Part shown: positions 1 to 7,805 of the stretch, one piece after another
Position numbering within the stretch: the stretch's first letter is position 1
How the letters are laid out: the number at the start of each line of letters is the position of its first letter
Assembly (NCBI GenBank): GCA_048938005.1
Contig: JBHLMQ010000047.1
Coordinates: 1 to 23,672 of the forward strand
Direction: 5' to 3'
Origin: Promethearchaeota archaeon
GTDB taxonomy: Archaea; Asgardarchaeota; Lokiarchaeia; Sigyniarchaeales; SOKP01
Length of the DNA stretch: 23,672 nt
Notes under the pieces: model-generated
What the model saw: the letters and a program-made list of their open reading frames with translations, nothing else
Databases searched by the model: none
What the model was told of the DNA's origin: nothing
Made by a program: the position numbers and the translations under genes

Positions 1-906
1 GAGCAGTTTGATATTAATGAGCGTCCAAAGGTATCTCAAATCCAGAATATGTTTAATTTGTTAGGAACTCTCATTTATTGGAGTTATACCTACTTAGTTT
101 TAACACAAGTTTTTACTCAAATTTCCGATAATCCAAATGTTCTTCCTTTTTCTTTTGCTTATCCTATATGTCTTTTTGGTACTTTAACTTTTGTTCTTTT
201 TAGTTTGAATGCTATTTTAATGCCAATAGAACCTAGGGTTGAGATAAAATCGAATCTTAAAGAGATTTTAAAGATAAGTTTAAAAAATAAGAATTTTTTG
301 GCAGTTAGTTTGATGATTGGGCTTTCAAGCATAGCATGGGTGATTATAATTACACAAATGCTTCCTTTTCTTGAATTGGTTTTAAACTTAAACCCAAATG
401 ATTATTTTTTAATTTTGGGCATTAATTTCTTTTGTGTTATTGCCTTCCTTGAAATCTGGAGAAGAGTAATACAGAAATTCGGAAAGAAACGAACTGTACT
501 ATACATTTACGTTATAGCTGCTTTAGTCCTTCCAATTGCCTTATTAGGATTAATTCCATTAAATAATTTTTTAATTATAGGGTTGCTTTATATGATCGGT
601 ATTAGTGCATCGTTAGCAGGATGGTATTTATTTCCTCCTATAATTTTTGCTGATCTTGCTGAGTATGATAATAGAATTACTGGAGAGTTAAAAGCGGGAA
701 CATATGCAGGTGTCCCATCAATATTTCTAAACATTTTTCAAGCACTTGGTATATTTTTTTTAGGAGCTTTAAATGAATTACCAAAAATTACGGTTGGTTC
801 ATTATCTTATTCAATGGGATTAATAATTTGGAGTCCAATTTGTTCTTTAATATTGTTAATTTCTTGGTGGTATACAAAAAAACATCTTACACTGGATTAT
901 GATTAG
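1..906 (+). CDS. MFS transporter, glycoside-pentoside-hexuronide (MelB-like) cation symporter family; 5'-truncated by window edge
   Basis: Frame is open from base 1 (EQFDINERPKVSQIQN before the ATG at 49). Many hydrophobic helices. GPH-type motifs 'KFGKKRT' and 'IFADLAEYD..ITGELKAGTYAG'. Confidence 0.85.
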   Translation, partial: EQFDINERPKVSQIQNMFNLLGTLIYWSYTYLVLTQVFTQISDNPNVLPFSFAYPICLFGTLTFVLFSLNAILMPIEPRVEIKSNLKEILKISLKNKNFLAVSLMIGLSSIAWVIIITQMLPFLELVLNLNPNDYFLILGINFFCVIAFLEIWRRVIQKFGKKRTVLYIYVIAALVLPIALLGLIPLNNFLIIGLLYMIGISASLAGWYLFPPIIFADLAEYDNRITGELKAGTYAGVPSIFLNIFQALGIFFLGALNELPKITVGSLSYSMGLIIWSPICSLILLISWWYTKKHLTLDYD

Positions 907-930
907 GAAAATAGATATGATGATACAAAT

Positions 931-1677
931 ATGCGTATAATATTTTTAGGTACAAATGGCTGGTATTCGACAGAGCTAGGAAATACGGTTTCTATTCTGA
1001 TAGAAACTGAAAAATATTGGATAATTTTAGATGCGGGTGATGCCATTCATAAAATTGATCAATATATTAAAGATGAAAAACCTATTATTATACTCCTAAG
1101 TCATCTTCATCTCGATCATATAATTGGGCTTCATGTCTTTGCAAAATTCCTTTTTACTCAGGAAATAAACATATATGGATATAAGGGAACGACGAACGGA
1201 ATAAAAAAAATTATAAAACATCCGTATTCATCTCCCTTTGGCGATATACCCGTAAATGTACAAATTCATGACTTAAACGAAGGTAGTTATAATTTAGGAT
1301 TTCCAATTACGTGTAAGCTATTAGTTCATGCAGATCCGTGCTTAGGATATAGAATCGAGATTGAAAATAAAATTATTACATATTGTACTGATACAGGTGT
1401 GTGTCAAAACTTATATGAGCTTGCAAATAATGCCGATTTATTGATAACAGAGTGCTCATATAAACCTGGACAGGAAGAGTGGGGTTGGCCGCATCTTAAA
1501 CCAGAAGAAGCTGCAGAAATAGCCGTAAAATCTAGTGTCAGTAAGTTAATTCTCACTCATTTTGATGCAAGTACCTATAAAACTATACAAGATAGGAAAA
1601 AAGCGGAGGATAAAGCGAAATTAATATTTCCTAAAGTGATTGCTGCATCAGATGGTTTAGAATTAATACTTGAATGA
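931..1677 (+). CDS. MBL-fold metallo-hydrolase, ribonuclease Z/BN-like
   Basis: N-terminal 'IIFLGT', 'ILDAG', HxHxDH motif (SHLHLDH), 'YCTDT', 'LITEC', 'LILTHF', 'AASDG'. Confidence 0.85.
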   Translation: MRIIFLGTNGWYSTELGNTVSILIETEKYWIILDAGDAIHKIDQYIKDEKPIIILLSHLHLDHIIGLHVFAKFLFTQEINIYGYKGTTNGIKKIIKHPYSSPFGDIPVNVQIHDLNEGSYNLGFPITCKLLVHADPCLGYRIEIENKIITYCTDTGVCQNLYELANNADLLITECSYKPGQEEWGWPHLKPEEAAEIAVKSSVSKLILTHFDASTYKTIQDRKKAEDKAKLIFPKVIAASDGLELILE

Positions 1678-1795
1678 TTTCAATTAAGATGAAAAGAACC
1701 TATCAAATCCTATTTTAATTAATAAGTTCAGAATAAGTTTTACAAAGTTCAATTAAAAATCTTAATTAGGATAATCTCATTTTTGAAGTTAATAA

Positions 1796-2728
1796 ATGAC
1801 GAATAAAGATAAAGTTTTAGAAAAATTTCATTCAGAATTAGAATCAAAAGACTATAAAGGGCAAATAGTTCACGCAAAACATATTCCAGATTTACGGAAT
1901 GATATCAAAAAACATCATGAGAAGAACCTTATTTATTCCGAATTATATAAAGAGTATAAAGCATATTTTGAGTTTGAGCCGGATGTGGATTTCGCTCAAA
2001 TAAATTCTATTTTTGTTATAACGCTTCCACAACCTCAATTCAAGACTACTTTTCACTGGAATGATAAAGTGATATCCTTACCAATACCACCCACTTATTT
2101 ATACGGTCGCAAAATAATTGATCAGATAAAGAAATTTCTAACTAAGTTATTAAAACCAGAGGGATATGAGGTAGCATATGCTGTTCTTCCTCAGAAAACA
2201 TTAGCCGTGCGAAGTGGATTAGCGGAATATGGGAGAAATAATATTACTTATGTGAAAGGAATGGGAAGTTTTCATCGTTTAACAGCGTTTTATTCAGATT
2301 TTTCTATTGAGGGAGATAACTGGCAAGAGTTAAGAATGATGGATATGTGCAAGGAATGTTCTGCTTGTGTTCGAAAATGCCCAACAGGCGCTATCCCAAC
2401 TGATCGCTTTCTTTTACGTGCTGAACGTTGTATTACCTATCATAATGAACAACCAGGAAATATACCTTTTCCAGAATGGTTGGATTCTTCTTGGCATAAC
2501 TGCCTTGTTGGATGTCTTCATTGTCAAAGAGTTTGTCCTGCTAATAAAAATATTTTTAATTGGATCGAAGAAGGTCCCGAATTTTCTGAAGAAGAAACGG
2601 AAATCTTTTTAGATGGAAAGAATATTGAACAACTTCCTGAAAATACTATAAAAAAAATAAAGGATTATGACTTTTTAGATTATCTTGAAGTATTCCCACG
2701 AAATTTAAGTGTGTTTTTTAAAAATTAG
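1796..2728 (+). CDS. Double [4Fe-4S] cluster protein of the epoxyqueuosine reductase (QueG)/reductive dehalogenase superfamily
   Basis: CKECSACVRKCPTGA, RCITY and GCLHCQRVCP cluster motifs. 'KTLAVRSGLAEYGRNN' resembles the conserved A-x2-[AS]GLG-x-GKN segment of QueG/RdhA. Confidence 0.8.
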   Translation: MTNKDKVLEKFHSELESKDYKGQIVHAKHIPDLRNDIKKHHEKNLIYSELYKEYKAYFEFEPDVDFAQINSIFVITLPQPQFKTTFHWNDKVISLPIPPTYLYGRKIIDQIKKFLTKLLKPEGYEVAYAVLPQKTLAVRSGLAEYGRNNITYVKGMGSFHRLTAFYSDFSIEGDNWQELRMMDMCKECSACVRKCPTGAIPTDRFLLRAERCITYHNEQPGNIPFPEWLDSSWHNCLVGCLHCQRVCPANKNIFNWIEEGPEFSEEETEIFLDGKNIEQLPENTIKKIKDYDFLDYLEVFPRNLSVFFKN

Positions 2729-2846
2729 TTTTTAATTTTCACAAATTATATCTAAAAAACATAAAAACAATGTTATCTTATATTAAAATAGATAAGAATT
2801 GTTTTACTAATTTTTAAAATTCAACAAATTTTTTTAGGATAAATTT

Positions 2847-3494
2847 ATGCATCGTGTTCTAAAAAGAATAAAACTGGATAAAAAAGAATTTATCACTTCT
2901 GAAGAATTAAGAGAGTATTGTAAGGAGTTATATTTCAATTATAAAACAATCAGCAGTTATTTAATTTCCCGTGGTTTTATATTAAATATTATAGATAACA
3001 TTTATTATGTGAAATCTGAGGATGAAATTATCAAAAATAAGCTAAAATACTCACTTTTAGAACTTGTAGGAAAAGGCTTAACATTAAAACATGTTAAAAA
3101 TTGGTATTATGGGTTATATACTGCATTAAATCTAATTGATATCGATTATGAGCATGAAGATGAATTTTTCTACATTATTAATGATCACATTTTTGAAACT
3201 AAACCAGTAAAGATTTTGGGGAAAAAATTTAGGTTTTTAAGATTTAAAAATGCGCTTTTCAATTTCGGGATAATAAGCAATAAGATAAAATATTCGGATC
3301 TTGAAAAAACAATCTTAGATTTAATATATTTATGGAATTATAATCATATGAATGAAAATAGACTACTGATTGAGCTCTCTAAATTGTTGGATGGAATTTC
3401 TAAAGAAAAAATATTAGAATATTCTCAATACTATCCAAAATCTAACAAAAAACTTTTAAAGAAAGCTCTAAACAAATTGGAACTTACACACTAA
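2847..3494 (+). CDS. Predicted transcriptional regulator, type IV TA AbiEi-antitoxin-like
   Basis: N-terminal wHTH-like segment ('FITSEELREYC...YLISRGFI...YYV'), 'WYYGLYTALNL' and 'KYSDLEKTILDLIYL', typical of archaeal AbiEi-like proteins. Confidence 0.65.
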   Translation: MHRVLKRIKLDKKEFITSEELREYCKELYFNYKTISSYLISRGFILNIIDNIYYVKSEDEIIKNKLKYSLLELVGKGLTLKHVKNWYYGLYTALNLIDIDYEHEDEFFYIINDHIFETKPVKILGKKFRFLRFKNALFNFGIISNKIKYSDLEKTILDLIYLWNYNHMNENRLLIELSKLLDGISKEKILEYSQYYPKSNKKLLKKALNKLELTH

Positions 3495-3501
3495 TACCTT
3501 C

Positions 3502-4761
3502 CTAATTACTCTTAAAAAGGTTTTTTAAATAGTTTTGAAAATTTTGAGTTAATTTGCCTTTATAATATGGATTTTTTCCCGTTTCTTTCTTATATTTTTT
3601 GTTGATTCTTTGCTTCCAGTTTTTAAAATTTTGAGTTTCAGATCCGTTCCATATGGCATTCTTACCAGTTATTGTCTCAAATACGGTTTGTTCTGAAACT
3701 CCTTTTTCATCTTTTTTTGTATTTAATGGTTTTTCATCAAGATTTTTTGTTAGCTTTTTACTTTTGGTTATTCTTTTATTAATCAAATCTTCTAAATATT
3801 GTGAGTAATTATTTGTAGCGCTTCCCTTATAATAGGGATTTTTACTAGTTTCTTTACGGTATTTATTATGAGTTTTTTTCTTCCAATCTTGAAAAGTCTT
3901 TGTTTCTGTGCCGTTCCAAACAGCATTTTTACTAGTTATTGTTTCGAATACATACTTTTCTGTAATAATTTTTATTTGTTTTTTTTGCTTTCCCTTATTG
4001 TCTTTCTTTTCAGTAATTGGTTTTTTCTTTTTAACATCTTTCTGTTTATAAAGATTTTCTAAATATTGAGAAAATAATTTTGTAGGTTTTCCTTTATAAT
4101 AGGCCATTTTCCCCGATTCTATACGATATTTGTTTTTTATTTTTGCTTTCCAATTCTGAAAAGATTTTGTTTCAGTTCCATTCCAAAAAGCATGCTTTTC
4201 TGTTAATTTTTCAAATATAAAAGCTTCTAAATTTTGAATTTCTGTAGCTTTTACTTGCTTTGATTCTTTCTTCAGTTTTTCGTTTTCAATTTTAGTTGTG
4301 GATTCTGTGCTTTTATTGAATATTTCCAAAATTTCAGAACTATTTAATTTTCCTTTACTCCCAATTGTAAAAAAAGGTTCATCTATTGCATCTAAATGAA
4401 CAGAAAAATCAAATATTTGATGATTATTCACACATGGTCCCAAATATTTTGCTAAAACTACAAATGTGCCATTATTTTGAGATATATCCACTAGATTATT
4501 CGAAGTCGGAGTGGCTTGATATAAAGAGAGGTGATTAAAATCAGTGATTTTATCAATATCTTTAATTTTCTCTTTATTTTTAATTAGTATTTCATATTTT
4601 TGTCTCTTTTTACCATTGATTAAAACGTCTAGAGCTGTTAAGTGATATCCTACTTCTTTTTTCAATGTTTTCTGAATAATAAACTTAATAAATCTCTTTA
4701 TTTTATTCCATTTTGACTTTTGAGCTAATCCTATGACTTCTCTTAAAATATCTTCAGACAT
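3502..4761 (-). CDS. Hypothetical Lys-rich protein with three C-terminal 59-aa repeats
   Basis: 419-aa ORF with GTGAT SD just upstream. Internal repeats visible in the translation. Confidence 0.85.
   Translation of the reverse strand: MSEDILREVIGLAQKSKWNKIKRFIKFIIQKTLKKEVGYHLTALDVLINGKKRQKYEILIKNKEKIKDIDKITDFNHLSLYQATPTSNNLVDISQNNGTFVVLAKYLGPCVNNHQIFDFSVHLDAIDEPFFTIGSKGKLNSSEILEIFNKSTESTTKIENEKLKKESKQVKATEIQNLEAFIFEKLTEKHAFWNGTETKSFQNWKAKIKNKYRIESGKMAYYKGKPTKLFSQYLENLYKQKDVKKKKPITEKKDNKGKQKKQIKIITEKYVFETITSKNAVWNGTETKTFQDWKKKTHNKYRKETSKNPYYKGSATNNYSQYLEDLINKRITKSKKLTKNLDEKPLNTKKDEKGVSEQTVFETITGKNAIWNGSETQNFKNWKQRINKKYKKETGKNPYYKGKLTQNFQNYLKNLFKSN
3517..4227 (-). repeat. Three intragenic 59-codon repeats (4227-4051, 3960-3784, 3693-3517), exact 267-nt period
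   Basis: EAFIFEKLTEKHAFWNGTETKSFQNW...YLENL / EKYVFETITSKNAVWNGTETKTFQDW...YLEDL / EQTVFETITGKNAIWNGSETQNFKNW...YLKNL. Confidence 0.92.
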
Positions 4762-4868
4762 TTATCACACTTGTTTTAAAAAATCTGAAATACCCCAACC
4801 TATTTCAGAAAAATTTTACAATTTTCTCCAAAATATACATAAAAAAAGTTCTTAATATATCTTTATTT

Positions 4869-5369
4869 TTAATACTTTTTAAACGGATTTGGAATAAATT
4901 TTGGAACTTTATTTCTATATTCTAAATATTGTTCCCCAAACATATTTTCAAGAATTTTCTCTTCGAAATTTACCATCCAATTATAAACTAAGAAAACTAT
5001 AACGAACAGACCAATACTAATTAGTGAAATCGAGAAAAAGATAAATGCAACATAAATTAGTAAAATTCCAAAATACATTGGATTTCTTACATAACCCAGA
5101 ATTCCATCAGTAATTAATGAATTCGGTGGTTCATGTGATTTAAACAGAGCTCTATGAGACAGCATTATAAAAATAATCGCACTTATAAAAACCAGAATAA
5201 ATAATATTAAACGAATTAGAAAGGGTACAAAATCGTTTAAGAAAATTGATATTCTAAAAATATTTGAATCTAAAAACCATATTATAAAAAAAGCTACTGG
5301 CATTGAAGCATGATATATGTGTGCGTTTGGAATTTCTCTCTCATGACCATCGTGTCTTTTTACACTCAT
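4869..5369 (-). CDS. Isoprenylcysteine carboxyl methyltransferase (ICMT/PEMT) family membrane methyltransferase
   Basis: 'LITDGILGYVRNPMYFG' and 'EEKILENMFGEQYLEYRNKVPKFIP' signature motifs. About 4 TM helices. Confidence 0.88.
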   Translation of the reverse strand: MSVKRHDGHEREIPNAHIYHASMPVAFFIIWFLDSNIFRISIFLNDFVPFLIRLILFILVFISAIIFIMLSHRALFKSHEPPNSLITDGILGYVRNPMYFGILLIYVAFIFFSISLISIGLFVIVFLVYNWMVNFEEKILENMFGEQYLEYRNKVPKFIPNPFKKY

Positions 5370-5458
5370 TATAAACTTCCTATTTTTAGGCTTTTTTATT
5401 TTTGAACGTTTTCAAAATTATTTAATTTTATTGTAGTCCAATTTTTCATACTAATTTA

Positions 5459-5533
5459 TTATTTTTTCATACCAATTGCAGTAATCCAGTTTTTTTTATA
5501 CTCTTCAAAAATCGGGATATTAGAAAATCCCAT
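5459..5533 (-). pseudogene. Probable 3' remnant of a class I SAM methyltransferase
   Basis: Reads MGFSNIPIFEEYKKNWITAIGMKK*, resembling the 'GF..I.I.....NW...(G)xK' C-terminus of small methyltransferases. In-frame TAA at 5552-5554 upstream. Confidence 0.3.
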
Positions 5534-5606
5534 TACAGTTTTATTATTTAATTAACTGATTTTTGTTTAAAGCCCATTTTGATATAATCATTTGTATTAT
5601 AACATA

Positions 5607-6371
5607 TTATTTAATTCCACATAATAGACCCATTGATTTGAGTTCAAATTTCAACAAATTGGGCATTGGTATTTCATAAGCAGTATCAATAAAGTTAACC
5701 TCCTCAACACCCCATTCTTTAATATCTCTTATTAATTCTTCAATATTGCCAAATTTTTTTTTATTCTTTAATGTATCTTGAAGAGAAAATGCCCCTCCTT
5801 TTCTTAAAACGCGAAAAGACTCGCTTAGGAGTTTCTTTTTATTTTTAATATCTCGAACTTCATGATATACAAAATTACTTACAATGGCATCAAACTCACC
5901 ATCTTTAAAGGGTAGATTAGAAGCACTTGCCTTTTGAAATACAACTTGATTTCTCACGCCCTCACGTTTGGCATTTTCTTCACACTTAAATTTAGAATAA
6001 TTCCATAATTTTCCCCAATTGTCAATTCCCATAATTTTAGATTCAGGAAATTTCTTCGCGAGCTCTATAGCTAAAGCTCCAGCACCTGTGCCTATATCAA
6101 GTGCCTTGCCCTGTCCATTCCAAGATAACTTCTGGATGACTAAATTCCAAACTTCATATTGTAGCTTTTTATTATCCACTGAAAATTGATAAAATAAATA
6201 CAATAAGTACGAAAAAGGTAAAAAAACTAATCCTACTATTACCCATAATATTATTCTAATAACTAGGGATATTGGGAATAAGGAGGGAATTAAAAGAATT
6301 AAAATAATGCCTAATATTGTATATACTAAATTTAATGGTACCCAATTTCCATAGTTTGCTGATTCTCTGAT
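5607..6371 (-). CDS. Membrane-anchored class I SAM-dependent methyltransferase (254 aa, predicted ATC start)
   Basis: LDIGTGAG motif I, 'LPFKDGEFDAIVSN', 'RVLRKGG'. Frame stays open 56 codons upstream of the TTG at 6203, encoding 'ANYGNWVP' plus two TM helices. Bounded by TAA 6375-6377, with GGTGAT SD 5 nt before the ATC at 6371. Confidence 0.85.
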   Translation of the reverse strand: MRESANYGNWVPLNLVYTILGIILILLIPSLFPISLVIRIILWVIVGLVFLPFSYLLYLFYQFSVDNKKLQYEVWNLVIQKLSWNGQGKALDIGTGAGALAIELAKKFPESKIMGIDNWGKLWNYSKFKCEENAKREGVRNQVVFQKASASNLPFKDGEFDAIVSNFVYHEVRDIKNKKKLLSESFRVLRKGGAFSLQDTLKNKKKFGNIEELIRDIKEWGVEEVNFIDTAYEIPMPNLLKFELKSMGLLCGIK

Positions 6372-6376
6372 ATTTT

Positions 6377-6382
6377 ATCACC
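6377..6382 (-). promoter_or_regulatory. Shine-Dalgarno GGTGAT for the methyltransferase
   Basis: Minus strand reads GGTGAT-AAAAT-ATC AGA GAA. Complementary to the 16S rRNA 3' AUCACC segment. Confidence 0.6.
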
Positions 6383-6718
6383 AAAAAATGCTATAATTTA
6401 TTCTTTATTATACTAAATGAAAGATATCTTACCACTTATCGCTATAATAATAAGAAAACTTCCAGATACAAGCAAATAAATCTTCTGAGGACCAATGATG
6501 TGGAATTTTAACAGCACTTAATAATTAATATTGCATATTCATATTTAAAATTTAGGTATGCCTAATTTAAATAAAAAAATATCATAGAAGTTTTGAGATA
6601 TATAAAAATTTTTAAATCTATATAAAGATAGCCAAAAAATTAAATAGTAAGTTAATACTTAATTATTAAATTCTATTTCTAAATTAAATCTATATTTTTA
6701 GAAAAAAAATAGGTTATA

Positions 6719-7612
6719 TTATGGGTTATTTTTGATAAATTCCAATATCAAATTAGCTAGTTCAGGACCCCTATCTTCTTGTACAAAATGTCCTGCATTT
6801 TTGATTGTTTTATGATTTTGTCCTTGCGCTCCGGGAACATATTTCTGCCAAAACCTTTCCCCCCCTCTTGTAACTGGATCACTATCCGAAAATGCAGTTA
6901 AAAATGGTTTTTTCCATTGTTTATAAAGTTCACTTGCCTTTCTATTCGCTTCGTGTTCAGGATCTTCTAAGCTAATTGGAACTAAAGATGGCATAATTCG
7001 AGCTCCAGCTTTATACGAATCATCAGGAAATGGTGCTTCATACCCTCTTAACACTTCTTTAGTTAATTCTGTTGTTGTTGCGGTTTGAATTATATTTTTG
7101 ATTTCAAATACCGGAGATTCTCTTGAAAATTTTCGCCAATTTAAAAAAGTTTCCGTTGTACGTTGTTCTCCTGTTGGTAATCCTCCATTTGATAATACAA
7201 TTCTGTTAAAACGTTCTTGATTTTCAATGGCAACTCTTAAACCAATTAAAGAACCCCAATCTTGGCAAAATAAAGTAATATTTTTAAGATCAAGCATGTT
7301 AACCCATTTTGACATCCATTCTACATGCTTACGGTAAGTATGATCACTTTTTTCAGTTGGTTTATCCGATCGTCCGAATCCTACTAAATCAGGTGCAAGA
7401 GTTCTATAACCAGCTTTAACTAGAATGGGTATCATATGTCTATATAAAAAGGACCATGAAGGTTCTCCATGCATAAGAAGCACAACTTCAGCTTCCTTCG
7501 GTCCTTCATCCACATAATGAATTCTGATTCCATCAATTTCTATATAATTAGGTTCAAATGGAAAGTCTGGAAGGTTCTCAAATCTATCATCGGGCGTACG
7601 TAAAAATTTCAT
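6719..7612 (-). CDS. dhmA: Haloalkane dehalogenase (alpha/beta hydrolase, HLD-I/DhmA-like)
   Basis: 'LRTPDDRFENLPDFPF', 'HGEPSWSFLYR', 'PDLVGFGRSDKP', nucleophile 'QDWG', acid 'FSDSDP', catalytic His 'AGHFVQED'. Confidence 0.9.
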   Translation of the reverse strand: MKFLRTPDDRFENLPDFPFEPNYIEIDGIRIHYVDEGPKEAEVVLLMHGEPSWSFLYRHMIPILVKAGYRTLAPDLVGFGRSDKPTEKSDHTYRKHVEWMSKWVNMLDLKNITLFCQDWGSLIGLRVAIENQERFNRIVLSNGGLPTGEQRTTETFLNWRKFSRESPVFEIKNIIQTATTTELTKEVLRGYEAPFPDDSYKAGARIMPSLVPISLEDPEHEANRKASELYKQWKKPFLTAFSDSDPVTRGGERFWQKYVPGAQGQNHKTIKNAGHFVQEDRGPELANLILEFIKNNP

Positions 7613-7805
7613 ATAATTCCTTTCTCCATTTTCTTTAAATTTTTATTTTTTTTTAATTTGTATTAAATTCGTTTAAATAATTATTTTTCTATTGAAATAA
7701 ATAAATTGTATAAATTGGATGTAATAGGGCGTTTTATTTCGATATTTAATTAAGAAAGATCTTTTGATTTCGATATAGGGATTAAAATAACTTTCTCCAA
7801 AAAAT

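Noticed and set aside
931-1677. Assigning the symbol rnz
   Set aside because: It is shorter than typical RNase Z and lacks an obvious tRNA-binding exosite arm, so only the family can be supported.
4869-5369. ICMT as evidence of eukaryote-like CAAX protein processing
   Set aside because: ICMT/PEMT-family proteins are widespread in prokaryotes and no prenylation genes are adjacent.
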